Part shown: positions 1-13,700 of the stretch, one piece after another
Position numbering within the stretch: position 1 is the first letter of the stretch
How the letters are laid out: every line of letters starts with the position of its first letter
NCBI GenBank assembly: GCA_951406725.2
Contig: OX597814.1
Span: forward strand, 24,614,001-24,678,000
Length of the DNA: 64,000 bases
Source: Octopus vulgaris
Taxonomy: Eukaryota
Direction: 5' to 3'
The notes under the pieces: model-generated
Told to the model about the DNA's origin: nothing
Seen by the model: only the letters and a program-made list of their open reading frames with translations
The model's database searches: none
Made by a program: the position numbers and the translations under genes

Positions 1-1721
1 TAATTTTGGAAATATTTTCCAGTTATACTTCCATTTTTTTAATTATTGACTGTTAGGATAGGAGTATTTTGTCTACATAATTTGTAACGAATTCTTACCA
101 CTAACCATCTGTTTTTGAAATGAAAGGGGTGTCAGTTTTAGGATAGGTATGCTGAAATAATAAAACTCTCAAAAGGATGACTATAAAGTAGCTTTAAGAA
201 AAGTTTGATCTCAACACTTTGTGTTCAGTTAACTTTCTACTATACGTTTTCTATGCAGAAATTTGATAACAACCATTGCTGCTAATTCACTGAAGTATAT
301 GTCTTTTAATCATTCAACATTTCATATTTCAAAGTTTATTGCTCTTCTTGAAATGAATGATATAAACGATTTCAAGTGTCCTGTTATTTTTCCTTTTTTC
401 ATTTTTTAACTTTTCACAAGAATGCTTCAAAAATATTTCTTTTGCTCCAAGGACAAAAATTCCTTAGGCTATAATTTTCTACAAAAAACATAGATTTCCA
501 TTTGAGTATAACATTTATTTCAAATATATACCATTGCAATAAAAGTTATTATTTTTGCTAAATATCAAATGATAAATCTTTTATTTTTCTCCTCAAATGA
601 TAACTTTTTGAATATATGAAAATAGAAGTAGAATAATAAATCTTATTGTTAAACATTTTTTAACAAAAATATAAAAACAAAAAAAAATAACTGAATGATT
701 TTCTTAAAACTTCTTTTCCCTTTATATTTCACGGGTCAGATATTTGCGACATTATGACTATCTTTTTTTCTTTACTAGGAGCAAAATCTAATATATATAT
801 AATAAGATTCAAGACTTTTCTTTACGCAATTTTTTTTATTCTAACTCATGGAAAATAAAATTTTTAACACAAGTTGCTTATTTTTACTCTCCTGATCAAT
901 ACATTTCTATATTTTGTTAGATGTGTATATGTATGAAATATCTATTTTTCTTTGTCCTTCAATACGAGCAATTCCTATTAACTTTGCATACATATATTAT
1001 GTAACATATATATATATACACACATATATATATATATATATTTATATATATACAAACCATAAAAATGACGAGATGTGAAAGTAAGGAAACTTTGGCAAGT
1101 GTTACTTCAGTAATAATGGCACCTTTTCTAAAATTTTACGAAACAGAAGCATGTAATAAATATCTTTTCCAATAATTTTCTATTTCAAATCTGTCTACCT
1201 TAAGATCCTTATATTATCTTTCCCTGAAACTTGTTACATCTATGTCTTCGTACATTAATCCTTTGATGTGTGTATGTTGCATATTATTAGGCATTTATTT
1301 GGTTATGTCAGTTCACCTAAAAAAATTATATATATAAGATTGTGATATGAATGTCAAATGAATACTGCATGGAAAAATTGTCATATCTGTTACTGATGTA
1401 GCATACCTGTGGAATAGATAGGCTGAGGGAAATACAGGTGGAATGTTCTAACCAGATCTTGGACTGCTAGACCTTACAGGAAAGTTGAATTAACAATCAG
1501 TTCAGTCAGGATAAACTACTGCATAAAAAACTCCTCTAACCCATAGCTGACTTTTATCATAATGGTATATGTTTAGAATAAATGTTATACTAAAATGGGA
1601 ATAATATTTTCTTTTATAGAAAATCATAGCCAAAGGAATTTTTTACCTTTGCAGAAAAAAAAAATTTTTGAAGTGTTCTTGTAAAAAGTTTAGATACATA
1701 CACACACACACATATATATAA

Positions 1722-1850
1722 TGGCATCTAGCCATAGAAATCATACCAAAACAGAGTCTGAACAGCTGGCCAGCTGCTGTCAAACTGTCCAATCCATGCC
1801 AGCATGGGAAATGGACATTAAATGATGATGATGATGATGAGGGTGATGAT
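1722..1850 (+). mobile_element. RTE-LINE 3' tail fragment
   Basis: GGCATCTAGCCATAGAAA...CCATGCCAGCATGG...(GAT)n; same tail as the RTE ORF-bearing copy at 33448-34750. Confidence 0.6.
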
Positions 1851-2099
1851 GAGTGTTAAGTGCTCAAACAGAATAGTATCTTTGGAAGAGGAAGATTTGA
1901 GTTGAGGTGATGAAAAATTATATAAAGTTTTACATCTGGTGATAGAGGTGACTTCCATTTCGAACTTAGTACACCCACCCCTTCTTTGTCTATTATGTGC
2001 ATGTTTCCTCAATGTCTACTATATTCATTTACATATTCCCATTGACTATTCTCCAAATCACTGTCCCTATTCTGTACTCTCTTTTCTCCCTGTCATCTC

Positions 2100-2420
2100 T
2101 TCTACTCACTGTATTACATCACCCATAACTGAGGAGCAAGTACCTGATTTATGCATGTTGAATCTCTCTCTTCTCCATACTCCCACCACAGATACCCTGC
2201 CAACTTTCCTCCTATTTTCTTTTCAGTCACGATAGTAGTACTTGCTCTGTTAGTTTCTCTCCAACCCGCATCTTTCATAACTCCAATAAAAACTGTCTTT
2301 GGCCCTGACAAACTGCCGAAACCATGCTGGCATGGCAGGTGAACTGACAAACCCCATCACTGGATCCACCTACTTGATCAACCCCTTTAGCATTTCCATT
2401 TTGCACCCCTTCTCCTTCAC
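2100..2420 (-). mobile_element. Degenerate LINE AP-endonuclease relic (RTE-like)
   Basis: Minus-strand peptides such as WEYGEERDST resemble the GGYGxGERN motif of RTE APE domains; many stops and frameshifts. Confidence 0.3.
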
Positions 2421-2932
2421 ACATTACTCCTGACATTACTCTTCCTCTCACACTCCCCATTGTCTCCTACATTACTCCCACCCCAACACTTTACCTTCTA
2501 TTATTCTTTGTTACCATCCTCTCACAATAAATCCATTCCATCGTTCATGGAGGATCCTTTTTGCTTTGCAGGCTACAAAGTGATCCCAACAGTACTGTTC
2601 CACAAAAAAAAGACATCCAGAACATTCCACAAGTGATTGGTAATTGATCTGTGTAAGTGATACCACAGCACTTGAGAGACTTCTTTAGTATTCTTCATAG
2701 CAAGGCAACCTCTATAATATCTGTGTCATGAAAAAATGTCTCTAGTACATTCTGTAAAGTAGGTCGTGTTAGGAAGGCATCCAGCCATAGAAAGCATGCT
2801 AAAAAAAAGGATATAGGAGAAAGACAGTCTTCCACACCTTTGATTCTTGCCAAACCACCCTATTCATGCCAGCTTGGAAAATGGCTGTAAAATGACGATG
2901 ATGATGATGTGTATTTGTGTGTGTGTGTGTAT

Positions 2933-3387
2933 ATCATCATCATCATCATCGTCGTTTAGCGTCCGTTTTCCATGCTAGCATGGGTTGGACGGTTCTACTG
3001 GGGTCTGTGAAGCCAGAAGGCTTCATCAGGCCCAGTCAAATCTGGCAGTGTTTCTACGGCTGGATGCCCTTCCTAACGCCAACCACTCCATGAGTGTAGT
3101 GGGTGCTTTTTACGTGCCACCCGCACAGGTACCAGACAGAGCTGGCAAACGGCTACGAACGGATGGTGCTTTTTATGTGCCACCGGCACAAGGGCCAGGC
3201 GAGGCTGGCAACGGACACGAAACGGGAGGTTCTCTTACATGCCACCGGCACTGGTAACACATCTGCAATTTCCATTGATCGATTTCCATTCTGATCCTCA
3301 CTTGCCTCAACGGGTCTTCACAAGTAGAGTTTCGACATGCCACCGGCACTGGTAACACATCTGCAATTTCCATTGATCGATTTCCAT

Positions 3388-3393
<6 letters not shown>
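2933..3393 (-). mobile_element. RTE-LINE 3' UTR/tail copy
   Basis: (CAT)n-CGTTTAGCGTCCG...GGATGCCCTTCCTAACGCCAACCACTCC followed by GTGCCACCGGCAC subrepeats; internal ~55-bp duplication 3240-3295/3338-3393. Confidence 0.8.
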
Positions 3394-3443
<50 letters not shown>

Positions 3444-4524
3444 GGAGGTGCGTAGCCTAATGGATAGGGTGTTGGGCTCGTGATTATGAGGGTATAAGTT
3501 TGATTTCTGGACCAGGTGTGTTGTGTACTTGAGCATTTCTCAAGTATATCCAGCTGAAAAGAGTATCAACCAAGTTCTAGTGCAGCTTTCTCTCCCTGAA
3601 CTTCTTACATGCCCACCTTTACCCCATGTTCCAATAGGTGGGCATCCATCCATCCACACACACACACATTTATTTGGTTTTCTAGCATGATCAGGATCAC
3701 AAATTCAAATTTTCTTGTTTGATTTCAATGCGCAGAACTCTGGGGAGGTGACAATTACTGCAACTTAGGTTAACCAGTACCTTGTGAGTGTAATATAATA
3801 GACCAAATCTGTGCATAATCCCATTGTATTTATTTATGCATACGTATGTATGTCTATTTTATTGCTTGTGTCATATTATAACCTGTAACTTATGGTTTGA
3901 TAAATAGAGATCACATCACCAATGAAACATTTAAAGATGATGTCACAGTCTGAACACAGCTGAATGAGTGGAAACAGTAAAAATAGAAAAAAGAATATTT
4001 TACTATGATTTTATAGACATAAATTCTTTGACAAATGAATAATGAATACATCATTGGTAAGGAATGTATTTGATGTGGAATTATTGGGTTGGTTCCTCTC
4101 CATTCCAATGATCAGTTCTTGTTACAGTCTACCTTTGGTGCAAATGGACACCTAAATATTGTAATGCACCAGTTATCATTTTGCTTATGTATTTATCAAT
4201 AATCATAGCAGGAGGTAAAAGTTGGAGTAAATTTTTCCAGACTTCACACTGAGAAATATTAAGCCATTGAACCAAGCAGACAACTATCGAAGTCCAGTAT
4301 ATTCTATTAGCACTCAGTAACCAACAAAACTCCTTTTGATGTTACTTCACAATGACTATAACAGTATTAGTAGCTTATACTTATTTATTACTCACAAATT
4401 ATTATGTTGCTGAATGAAATTTGTAAAATACTGGTGCAGAAACAAAATGGTTAAAGTGTTGTAACAACACACTCTGTTCATATTTTGTTGAGGACATTGA
4501 CTTATTTATTGGTGAGCCCATGAA

Positions 4525-4757
4525 GGCGGCGAGCTGGCAGAAACGTTAGCATGCCGGGCGAAATGCTTTGCGGTATTTCGTCTGCCACTACGTTCAGAGT
4601 TCAAATTCCACCGAGGTCGACTTTGCCTTTCATCCTTTCGGGGTCGATTAAATAAGTACCAGTTACGCACTGGGGTCAATATATTCGACTTGATCCGTTT
4701 GTCTGTCCTTGTTTGTCCCCTCTGTGTTTAGCCCCTTGTGGGTAGTAAAGAAATAGG
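4525..4757 (+). mobile_element. tRNA-derived SINE, family B (GGCGGCGAGCTGGCAG head), full length
   Basis: A/B-box-like head (GAGTTCAAATTCC), conserved TTTCATCCTTTCGGGGTCGA core, 3' end AAAGAAATAGG; 12-bp TSD GGTGAGCCCATG at 4511-4522 and 4756-4767. Confidence 0.85.
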
Positions 4758-4792
4758 TGAGCCCATGTGAACAGATCAAGTCTGACAGAAAT

Positions 4793-5825
4793 TACAAGTT
4801 GGTATTAAAAAATTCCCGGACTACTTATGTTTAATGAAAATTAATTTACTTACTTAAGTTTTAACAACAACTCCTTCAGAATAATCACCTTGTGCAGCAA
4901 TACATCAGTTCCAGCATTCCTGCCACTTTTGGAATCCAGCCTGGAAGTCATTATCTGTAAGCAAGTCAAGGATCTTCTGCAACTCACTTTAGATTTCAAC
5001 AATGGTGTGAAAACGGTGATTTTGAGCTACATTTTCCTCTCAAGGAAGAGATGGAAGCCTGCAGTGCAAAATCTGGTGAATAGAGTGGGTGCAGAAGTGA
5101 TACCATTTTGATTTTGGTGTGAAACTCATGAGTGGAAAGAGCTCAATGATAGGGTGCATTGTTGTCATGAAGAATCCAATTCTTCTCACTCCACAAATCC
5201 AATCGTTTTCCTTGAATATTCCCCCACAAACACTTCAACACATCCTTAATCGTCCTCTGACGATCCTCTTGCACAGGCCAAGGAATTTTCTCCACATTTC
5301 TTGGGGTGACACTTATAGCAGGTCTTACTTTTGTTGATGTATTTGATTATTAATGTTCAAATATATACCCTTGGGTTGACCAATATCTTGCATGTAGAAA
5401 CCCATGTTATGTGCATGTATTTTGCTGACATTTGTTGGTGAAGGATATAAGCATTAGCCAATAAGCCAATAGTTTAAAACCAAAATCGTCTTCCAGGGAT
5501 GTTCTTCTGCTTTTGAAGTGCTCATGCCACTCAAAACATTACATACGACCCATTGCTTCATTGATGTAGCAGACTTGTTATGTTTAGTGCAAAGTTTCAC
5601 ATTGGCTCTTTGTTCCAACTTGCTTTCCATGATAAAATTACAGACTACAGCATACATGTGATCACAAAACACATATTTCACAACTTGCAAAGTAAACACA
5701 GCAATATCACTCAGCACACTGCCTCATGAAGATCACTGCTAGCTCTCACTGCACATGCAACAATGTGTTGCCATCTGTTGGTGTGCTACAGAACTAGTCC
5801 AGGAATTTTTTGGTACCGCCTCAAA
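4793..5825 (-). mobile_element. Defective mariner DNA transposon
   Basis: ~30-bp imperfect TIRs (GGTATTAAAAAATTCCCGGACTA / TAGTCCAGGAATTTTTTGGTACC); minus-strand transposase remnants MESKLEQRANVKLC and LHPLYSPDFA (YSPDL motif). Confidence 0.85.
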
Positions 5826-6249
5826 TATAACTACAGATCAAATTCATTGGATGTGATGAGATCCCATTTAGATTGACATAGTATAAAATATTGTGCCATC
5901 CTGCTATTCCTTATCTGAGATAAAATGAGGAGAGCAGCATTCTTATAACTTTCTAATATATCACATGATACTTGAAAGTTAACATGGGTCAAATATGAGA
6001 GTTGTGACATTATGCATGTGGAATTTGTAACAAGCTAAAAGTGGGACTTTCTTGAAGTGGGGCCCTAAACTATACTTGCTTTATTTTATTCAATTATAAG
6101 TTTGGTAGAAATAAATGGTTAAGAATTAGGAAATTTACGCTTTAGTACAATGCTTGGAAAGTGAGACAAAGAAGTGAGGTTGGGAAGAAGATTGGTGGAT
6201 GCTCTAGGAGGTCTTAGATGTAAGTCATAAGCAGCATGATTGTTCAGAA

Positions 6250-6780
6250 GAGAAGATTTTACAGCAGTGATAGAGAAAACAATTACACAAAAACACATTT
6301 GTAGTCTACATTTTCTGGTATGTCAGTAATTAAATCTTGCCAATCAGCTAATTGGTCTTCTGTTGGATGTGGTCTAGGATTACTTCTTTCCTTCTATTTT
6401 TGTGTGTAGCTGCAATATTAGATCCTCAGTGCTAGATCAGTCAGAAATAGAGTGCTTTCTTGGATTTTGAAGAGGATCAGAGACTGTTCATGCAGAAGTA
6501 TTTTCTGATCTGAAAAAGGAAAGCTTGTCGTAGGAATGCAGCTTTGGAAGTATCATATAAGTTTTCCATGCATCAATGTTTATGAAGACTGTCATCTTTA
6601 GAAATGTAGTAGGTTTTAATTATGCAGTGTTCATAATGAGAGAAGGTGAGATAAACATGTTGATATCATTGATATTACAGAAAAAATATATCTTCATTCC
6701 TTTGAAGAAAACTTTTTTGTTAAGCTTTCATTGTAGAATGTTTTTGGGAACTTTGTTCTTAGAAGCAGAATAAATTTGAT
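6250..6780 (-). mobile_element. Highly degenerate L1/Tx1-like RT relic
   Basis: DWQDLITDIPENVDYK resembles the WRPIxLLNxDYK RT motif; the rest is heavily decayed. Confidence 0.3.
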
Positions 6781-6829
6781 ATGATGTGAGTTCATGGCTG
6801 TTTCCTTCACCAGTTTCGCATAGCCCTAG

Positions 6830-7272
6830 CCCATCCAAAGTACCTTGGATTGCAGAACAACCTGCTGTGCTTACCTTGGATCATAGGGTGACCTGCTGTG
6901 CTTGAGGAGACCTATTGAGTCAAGTATATCAACATCAAAATAAATATCAAATGGAAATTGTAGTTGTGATACCCGTGCCGGTGGAACGTAAAAAGCACCA
7001 TCCAAACATGGCCATTGCCAGCACCACCTTGACTGGCTTCTGTGCCGGTGGCATGTAAAACGCACCAACTGATCATGGCCACTGCCAGCCTTCCCTGGCA
7101 CATAAAAAGCACCAACTACACTCACGGAGTGGTTGGCATTAGGAAGGGTGTCCCACTGTAGAAACACTGCCAGATCAGACTGGAGCCTGGTGCAGCCTCC
7201 TGGCTTCCCAGACCCCGGTCGAACCGTCCAACCTGTGCTAGCACAGCAAACGGACGTTAAACAATGATGATG
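6830..7272 (+). mobile_element. RTE-LINE 3' UTR/tail copy
   Basis: GTGCCGGTGG subrepeats, GAGTGGTTGGC...AGGAAGGG...TGTAGAAAC, ends CGGACGTTAAAC(GAT)n. Confidence 0.8.
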
Positions 7273-7499
7273 CGTTTATGTTGCATGTCTATATTTGTAA
7301 GGAGTGTATTTAAAACTCCTCTTATTTTCATGCAGCACACAACAACTGTTCTCCACTTACGTATTTTAACTTTGCCAGACTTGTCCTTCATTAAATCTTC
7401 GAATCTGAAAGAAAAAAAAAAAAAAGAAAACACTTGTTGCTACAAAAAGTGGGTTTGCTTAAGTCTTGGTGACTGATAAAAGGTGCCTACATCTGATTC

Positions 7500-8280
7500 T
7501 ACTCATTCTTTTTTTGTAGTTTTATCACAACATGAATTACTTCTGTTGATGTATTTGATTATTAATGTTCAAATATATACCCTTCAGTTGACCAATATCT
7601 TGCATGTAGAAACCCATGTTATGTGTATGTATTTTGCTGACATTTGTTGATGAAAGATATAAGCATTAGCCAATAAGCCAATAGTTTCAAACCAAAATTG
7701 TCTGCAGTATTTGTTCCACCTGAGTTGACTAGACATTCCCTTGTCAGTTTTACCATGGAGAAAGCAGTGAACCAGTGACTGGCCTACTGGAAATCAGTAA
7801 CCACCAATGGTATTTTTCACAAAAGGTTCTATAAAATAAAATAAATAAGTGCCCTACTTTTTTGTTAAATTGTCTAGGATTTTGTGATAAGATATCTTTC
7901 TTATTTCAGCCAATGACAGAATAGCCTGAAAAGTATATTTAGCATTGATCCAGCAACAGAAAAAGTGTCTTGCATGTTAAAGAACCCTTTTCATTCTATA
8001 TAAATATTCTTTCAGACAAGTCACTCCCTGTGCCACACAAGAAGCTTGATCCTCATAGACAAGTCACTCTTTTACAGTAAAAAAAAAGACTTGCTTCATT
8101 TGTTCATATCTTTTTGTTGTATACCTTCTCATGATGAAGGGTTTATTTACATTCTTCATCTTCCAAGACAGGTTACATTTACACTAACTGAAGTGCCACA
8201 TCTCTGCTATGAGGGCTTTTGGTCATGGAAGGATGATTTAGAGGAGATATTCTTAGATTACATCAGCTTTCTTTAATGGA
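7500..8280 (-). mobile_element. Possible degenerate piggyBac transposase relic
   Basis: Minus-strand peptides PFIMRRYTTKRYEQMKQV, FSVAGSM and NSGGTNTADN loosely match piggyBac motifs (SRxRF, SVDESM, MGGVDxxD) in the expected order. Confidence 0.3.
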
Positions 8281-8580
8281 AGGGAGATTGCTAAGTAGGA
8301 ATGATACTGATAGGTAACAGGAGAAAGGTGGGTATCAAAACTCCATATATGGCATCAGTAGAGATAGAGAGAGAAAGAGAGCAAGAGTGAGAGTGAAAAA
8401 ATGAGTAAGAGAGTGAGAGAGAGAGAGCAAATATATAACTAGATCTATATGTAAAACAGATATAACCAGGAGCATGCAAGGAAATCATGGCCAAGAATGT
8501 GCATGACAACAATAAATGCACACACACACAACATGTGTATGCATATATATCAAGAGCTACAGCTACATGTCACAGCCACA

Positions 8581-8582
<2 letters not shown>

Positions 8583-8658
<76 letters not shown>

Positions 8659-8802
8659 ATATGTGTGTGTATGTATATATATTGTATATATATATATATA
8701 TATACATATACATAGAGCGACAGAAAGAAAGAGAGAGAGAGATAGAGACAGCAACAGAAAAAGGGGAAAACAGGTAGACAGACACAGGTGTGTGTGTGTG
8801 TG

Positions 8803-8846
<44 letters not shown>

Positions 8847-8988
8847 TAGATACACAGACAGACAGACAGATAGATAGACTGATTGATTGCAAATAGCCAG
8901 AAATGAATAGGGAGTAAAGCAGACATTATAATATTGAAATATATGATATATTAGAGAGCCACAAGAAAGAAAATCATTGGAGAGAAAC

Positions 8989-9020
<32 letters not shown>

Positions 9021-9403
9021 AGAGAGAAGGGGAAAGAGAGAGGTTGAGAATTGAGGTTATTACAATACTATGCCACAGTCACACACCACTTCCAAAGGGA
9101 AATGATCCTTTTAGAATGACAGACGGAACTTTGTAAGTGATAGAGAAGGGAGCGCAGATAATATAGTATGGCAGGAAATAAAGATATGGTCAGCCTTATA
9201 CATATACAATTGTAGAAGAGATAAACTTTGCCAGAAATTCAAATATACATTTATACTCACATAAAATATATACAAAAAAAAACCCCCAATTGTAATGCAC
9301 ATATATCTGACATATAAACAGGAAAAGCAATGTATATGGGGCGGTTACAATCAGGAATGTGTGCGACAGACCAGTAAATAGAGAGAGAAAGATCAATACA
9401 TAT

Positions 9404-9443
<40 letters not shown>

Positions 9444-9649
9444 CATATATATTGTATGTATATATACATATATATATATATGTATATATATATATGTATA
9501 TATATATGTGTATATATACATATATATATATATTTGTATATATATATATATTGTATGTATGTATATATACATATATATATATATATGTATATATATACAC
9601 ATATATATATATATATTTGTATATATATATTGTATGTATGTATATATAC

Positions 9650-9684
<35 letters not shown>

Positions 9685-9790
9685 CATATATATGTGCGTG
9701 TGTGTGTACATGTGCATATATGTATACACATACATTTAAATATACATAAATTCATATATAAACACACACAAATGTATACATATATATGAT
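8583..9790. repeat. Microsatellite-rich block (TA, GA, CA, TAGA, TATG)
   Basis: Direct inspection; produces the IYIYIY ORFs. Confidence 0.95.
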
Positions 9791-10316
9791 AAAGAGAGAG
9801 AAAGAGAGACATATGTACATATGCCTATGTATGTATGTAACTATCTATCTATCTATCTACATATATATATATAGACAGAGAAAGTTATGTATATACATTT
9901 ATATATATATATATACTTACACACAGGAGAGAGAGGTAGATAGCAATTTATAATACCTGTGTCCATACATGCTCACATAGCTAAAATTGTCTCAGAAATT
10001 ACTCCATAACATATTCTAAATAACTACATACTCAGGATTTAGTGAACACAACTGCAAATACTGTAATACGTTTCCCCTATAATAGTAGAGTATATTTCCC
10101 AGAGACATTCTGACATGCAGTGCTGCCAATTGTGAAATGGAAGTATGATAGTGATAGCAGACTATAAAATAAACATGGAATTCTTGCTTTGGTAGGAAGC
10201 CAATACTTCTAAGTGGCATAAAATTGTAGCTTTAAAGAATAATAATTTCTTATATAGATATGAAAGCTGAAATACTTTCAAGGAAAGAGGAATGTTGCTT
10301 TTTTTCCCTGGGCTTA

Positions 10317-10369
<53 letters not shown>

Positions 10370-10463
10370 TGATGATGATAAGAAGAAGAAGAACAACAAC
10401 GACAACTACTACTACTACAGTTACAATTATTATTATTATTATTGTTGTTATTATTATTATTAT
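10317..10463. repeat. Compound trinucleotide microsatellite (AAT/GAT/AAG/AAC/ACT/ATT)
   Basis: Direct inspection. Confidence 0.95.
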
Positions 10464-10912
10464 TGAGTGAGAGAGCAGTACATGCAATCAAAGTAACACT
10501 GGGGTAAAATACATGAAGCCCAGTATACCCATCATGACTACCAATCTGATAATGGTACACCAGGCACATGTATCACAACTATGTGTGCGCAACATGGTGA
10601 CCATATATCAAGATAAATAGTGCATGACCTTTCAGGTGGAACTCAAATTTTGTTCAGGACGAATAGCCCATTCCACTCAAAAGATCCCTGAATAATGGTT
10701 GCTAAAGGATGTTGAATGAAACACTCATGTATCCAGAGGTGAATTACTGAGGCCCCAAAGAATTCCTCTCAACACATGGCTTTGATGATCCCTCGTGATC
10801 AGAGATGCACATATCATCAACAACCAAGGCACATGCTCAACTAGTTAAAGACCAACAACTGACAAGCAAATCTGTGGTATTGAGCAGAATATTTGCTGTA
10901 GCCCATCTTTTA
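10464..10912 (-). mobile_element. Interspersed repeat abutting (TAA)n, probable LINE 3' region
   Basis: GC-richer block starting sharply at the ATT run; no diagnostic protein motif seen. Confidence 0.35.
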
Positions 10913-10929
10913 TAATTATAATTGTGGGC

Positions 10930-12145
10930 ATCTTTCATGCGACACATCTTTCCACAGCTTATCTCCTTGACAGAACTGCAGTCATGGGTCAAATGTAGAC
11001 CAAAGTTAAGCATTTGGCATCTAGAATGCTGCCAGGCACCCACTGCATTGTACCCGCTGCATAAAACTATTACCAGCAAAACAACCCAAGATTTCTATAG
11101 GGGACTAGTTGAAGGTATGAGTGGTGATAGCCTTAAATTTAGGTATCAATGAGAATAGTCTTTGTAGTCTCTTCCAGGGGACCTTCAAGTTGAAGATCAT
11201 GGACAATTTCCAAAAGTCTTTGACATGGTAGTGCTTGAAAGAGTCCAGAAGCTGGCTACCTGCATGGTTCTTGGTCTCAAGAATTTGTCTTACGAAGAAA
11301 GGCTGAAGACGCTCAACCTTTATTCTCTAGAAAAACGCCGCTGCTGTGGTGATCTCATTCTTGCTCACAACATCATAAGCGGAAAGTGTAACCTCTCAAA
11401 AGAGCTGTTCTTCACTCCTGTTCCAGAGCGTCGGCTGCAGGGTCACTCCAAAAAGCTCTATCTGCGACGATATCATCTCAATCGAAGGAGAGGGGCTTTC
11501 TCCGTCCGGGTTGCGGATCTGTGGAATAAGCTGCCGGACGTGATGGTGAAGATGCTGACGACCGCTCAGTTCAAAGTCTCCCTTGACCACAAGTGGCCTG
11601 AACTCCTTGCATGAACACCACCCTGTACATAACTCCATGTCCCGCTACATGGCCTTACTTTTTGCTTTTTGAGCCAAAAATTAACTAACTAACTAACTAA
11701 AGAGAGACAAGCTCTTCAAGACAAGCTCTTCAGGTATGGAAGGGCCAACAGCTGAACCTGCACGTGATGCTTGCAGGTTGATGAAACTGTCCTGTATGCA
11801 ATAATTCAGTGTTTGTGCATTAGAGTTGTGGGATTGTGTGGAACAGCTGTTGTGTATAAGATAAATCCAGCTGTCTAGTGAGTTTATAGTGAAGATCGAT
11901 GCACCACCTTCCCTTAGGAGAGAAGGAAGGTTGATCTTTCTCTGCTTAGTGACTGTGGCAAAAGAGGCTGTGTGGTGGACCTGTCTGAAAGGTTTGATGA
12001 CAGGCACTTTCCTATCTGGTCAAGCCCTCATTAATTTCTTCAAATATCATTTGAGGAAGAAGGAGAGCCTAGAGGGGAAGATGTTGCTTTCTAGTGTGTT
12101 TATCAAAAGGTGGTCGACAGTGGCAAGACTGGTGAGACTGAAAAA
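10930..12145 (+). mobile_element. Tx1/L1-like LINE ORF2 C-terminal relic, interrupted by a CR1 fragment
   Basis: CT*CLQVDETVLYAIIQC zinc-knuckle-like motif at ~11760 followed by VAKEAVWW. Confidence 0.55.
11225..11700 (+). mobile_element. CR1-clade LINE 3' end (5'-truncated)
   Basis: LERVQKLAT...LSYEERLKTLNLYSLEKRR..GDLI...FSVRVADLWNKLP is the classic CR1 ORF2 C-terminus; (CTAA)n tail. Confidence 0.9.
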
Positions 12146-12146
12146 T

Positions 12147-12566
12147 GCAAGTAAGAGAAATAGTATTCTTAAGATTATAAATCTGGAAAAGTACAGGACA
12201 AGTTATTACACTTGAAAAAGTTCAGGACAAGTTATTACATCTGGTAAAGTACAGAAGAAGAAAATTTTTTACTTAAAATATTGCAGCTAAGGATAAAATT
12301 TCAAATAAAATATTTAGATTTAGAAAATATTAGCTTTTATTGAAACTAAAAATTTTATGACAAGTTATAACTTCTATTTCTTATTACTTGTTACTTCTAC
12401 TTAAAATAAAAAATAACTCCATTAAAATATTAGCTGTAACATTTTAAGTAAAAATTTTCTTGTTCTGTACTTTACCAGATGTAATAACTTGTCCTGAATT
12501 TTTCCAAATGTAATAACTTTTCCTGTACTATACCTGAATATTTAGAGTATTATTTCTCTTGCTTGC
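12147..12566. mobile_element. Foldback/MITE-like element with ~140-bp inverted arms
   Basis: 12147-12290 is the reverse complement of ~12430-12566; arms contain CAGGACAAGTTATTACA subrepeats. Confidence 0.75.
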
Positions 12567-12671
12567 AAGCGTGTGTGCATGCACTAAACAAGCATTGGGA
12601 ATTGGTAAATGTTGAGGGTTGGTATGCATTGGGGAATGGTGCACTTCTTCGTTTGTCCACTCACTGGTATA

Positions 12672-13083
12672 TTACTCTTTACTCTTTTACTCTTTTACTT
12701 GTTTCAGTCATTTGACTGCGGCCACGCTGGAGCACCGCCTTTAGTCGAGCAACTCGACCCCAGGACTTATTCTTTTTGGAAGCCCAGTACTTATTCTATC
12801 GGTCTCTTTTTGCTGAACCGCTAAGTGACGGGGACGTAAACACACCAGCATCGGTTGTCAAGCAATGCTAGGGGAACAAACACAGACACACATACATATA
12901 TACGACAGACTTCTTTCAGTTTCCGTCTACCAAATCCACTCACAAGGCATTGGTCGGCCCGGGGCTATAGCAGAAGACACTTGCCCAAGATGCCACGCAG
13001 TGGGACTGAACCCGGAACCATGTGGTTGGTTAGCAAGCTACTTACCACACAGCCACTCCTGTGCCTATGCCACTCCTGCGCCT
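12672..13083 (-). mobile_element. tRNA-derived CORE-like SINE, family C, full length
   Basis: Reverse complement has head GGAGTGGCTGTGTGGTAAG...GGTTCAGTCCC, CORE-like CTTGGGCAAGTGTCTT and tail (AAAAGAGT)n. Confidence 0.85.
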
Positions 13084-13086
13084 ATA

Positions 13087-13138
<52 letters not shown>

Positions 13139-13322
13139 ATAATAATAAATATTAGGGAATAAATCCAAATTTACAGGGAAAAATCAGATTTAGGATTGAA
13201 TCCAATTTTATAGTAAAATATAATATAATATTAATTAGAGACAAAACCACTATTATGCAAATCAAACAAAGAAAGACTTAATCCAATACATAAAAATTTT
13301 TATATAAATTAAATATAATTAA

Positions 13323-13364
<42 letters not shown>

Positions 13365-13518
13365 AAGGAGTATAGTTGGACATTTATTTTTTAATCCTAC
13401 AATTGTTTCCACACAACGTAGTTCTCCAGGAGTGCAAGTACTTGATTATGCAACCAGTGGATGAGCTTTATACTGTACTCTACTACGTTCTTAGCTGAAT
13501 ATACCATAAGTGTATATG

Positions 13519-13569
<51 letters not shown>

Positions 13570-13700
13570 GGAGGGCATCCAGCCATAGAAACTCTGCCAG
13601 ATCAAGATTGGAGCCTGGTGCAGCCATCTGGCTCACCAGTCCTCAATCAAATCGTCCAGCCCATGGAAAGAGGGCATTAAACGATGATGATGACGATGAT
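13570..13700 (+). mobile_element. RTE tail fragment
   Basis: GGGCATCCAGCCATAGAAAC...TTAAACGATGATGAT. Confidence 0.75.

Noticed and set aside
8497-9812. Many IYIY/CVCV/THTH ORFs (also at 38179-39271, 41855-42943 and 56587-57173)
   Set aside because: Stop-free translations of TA, CA and CTAT microsatellites, not genes
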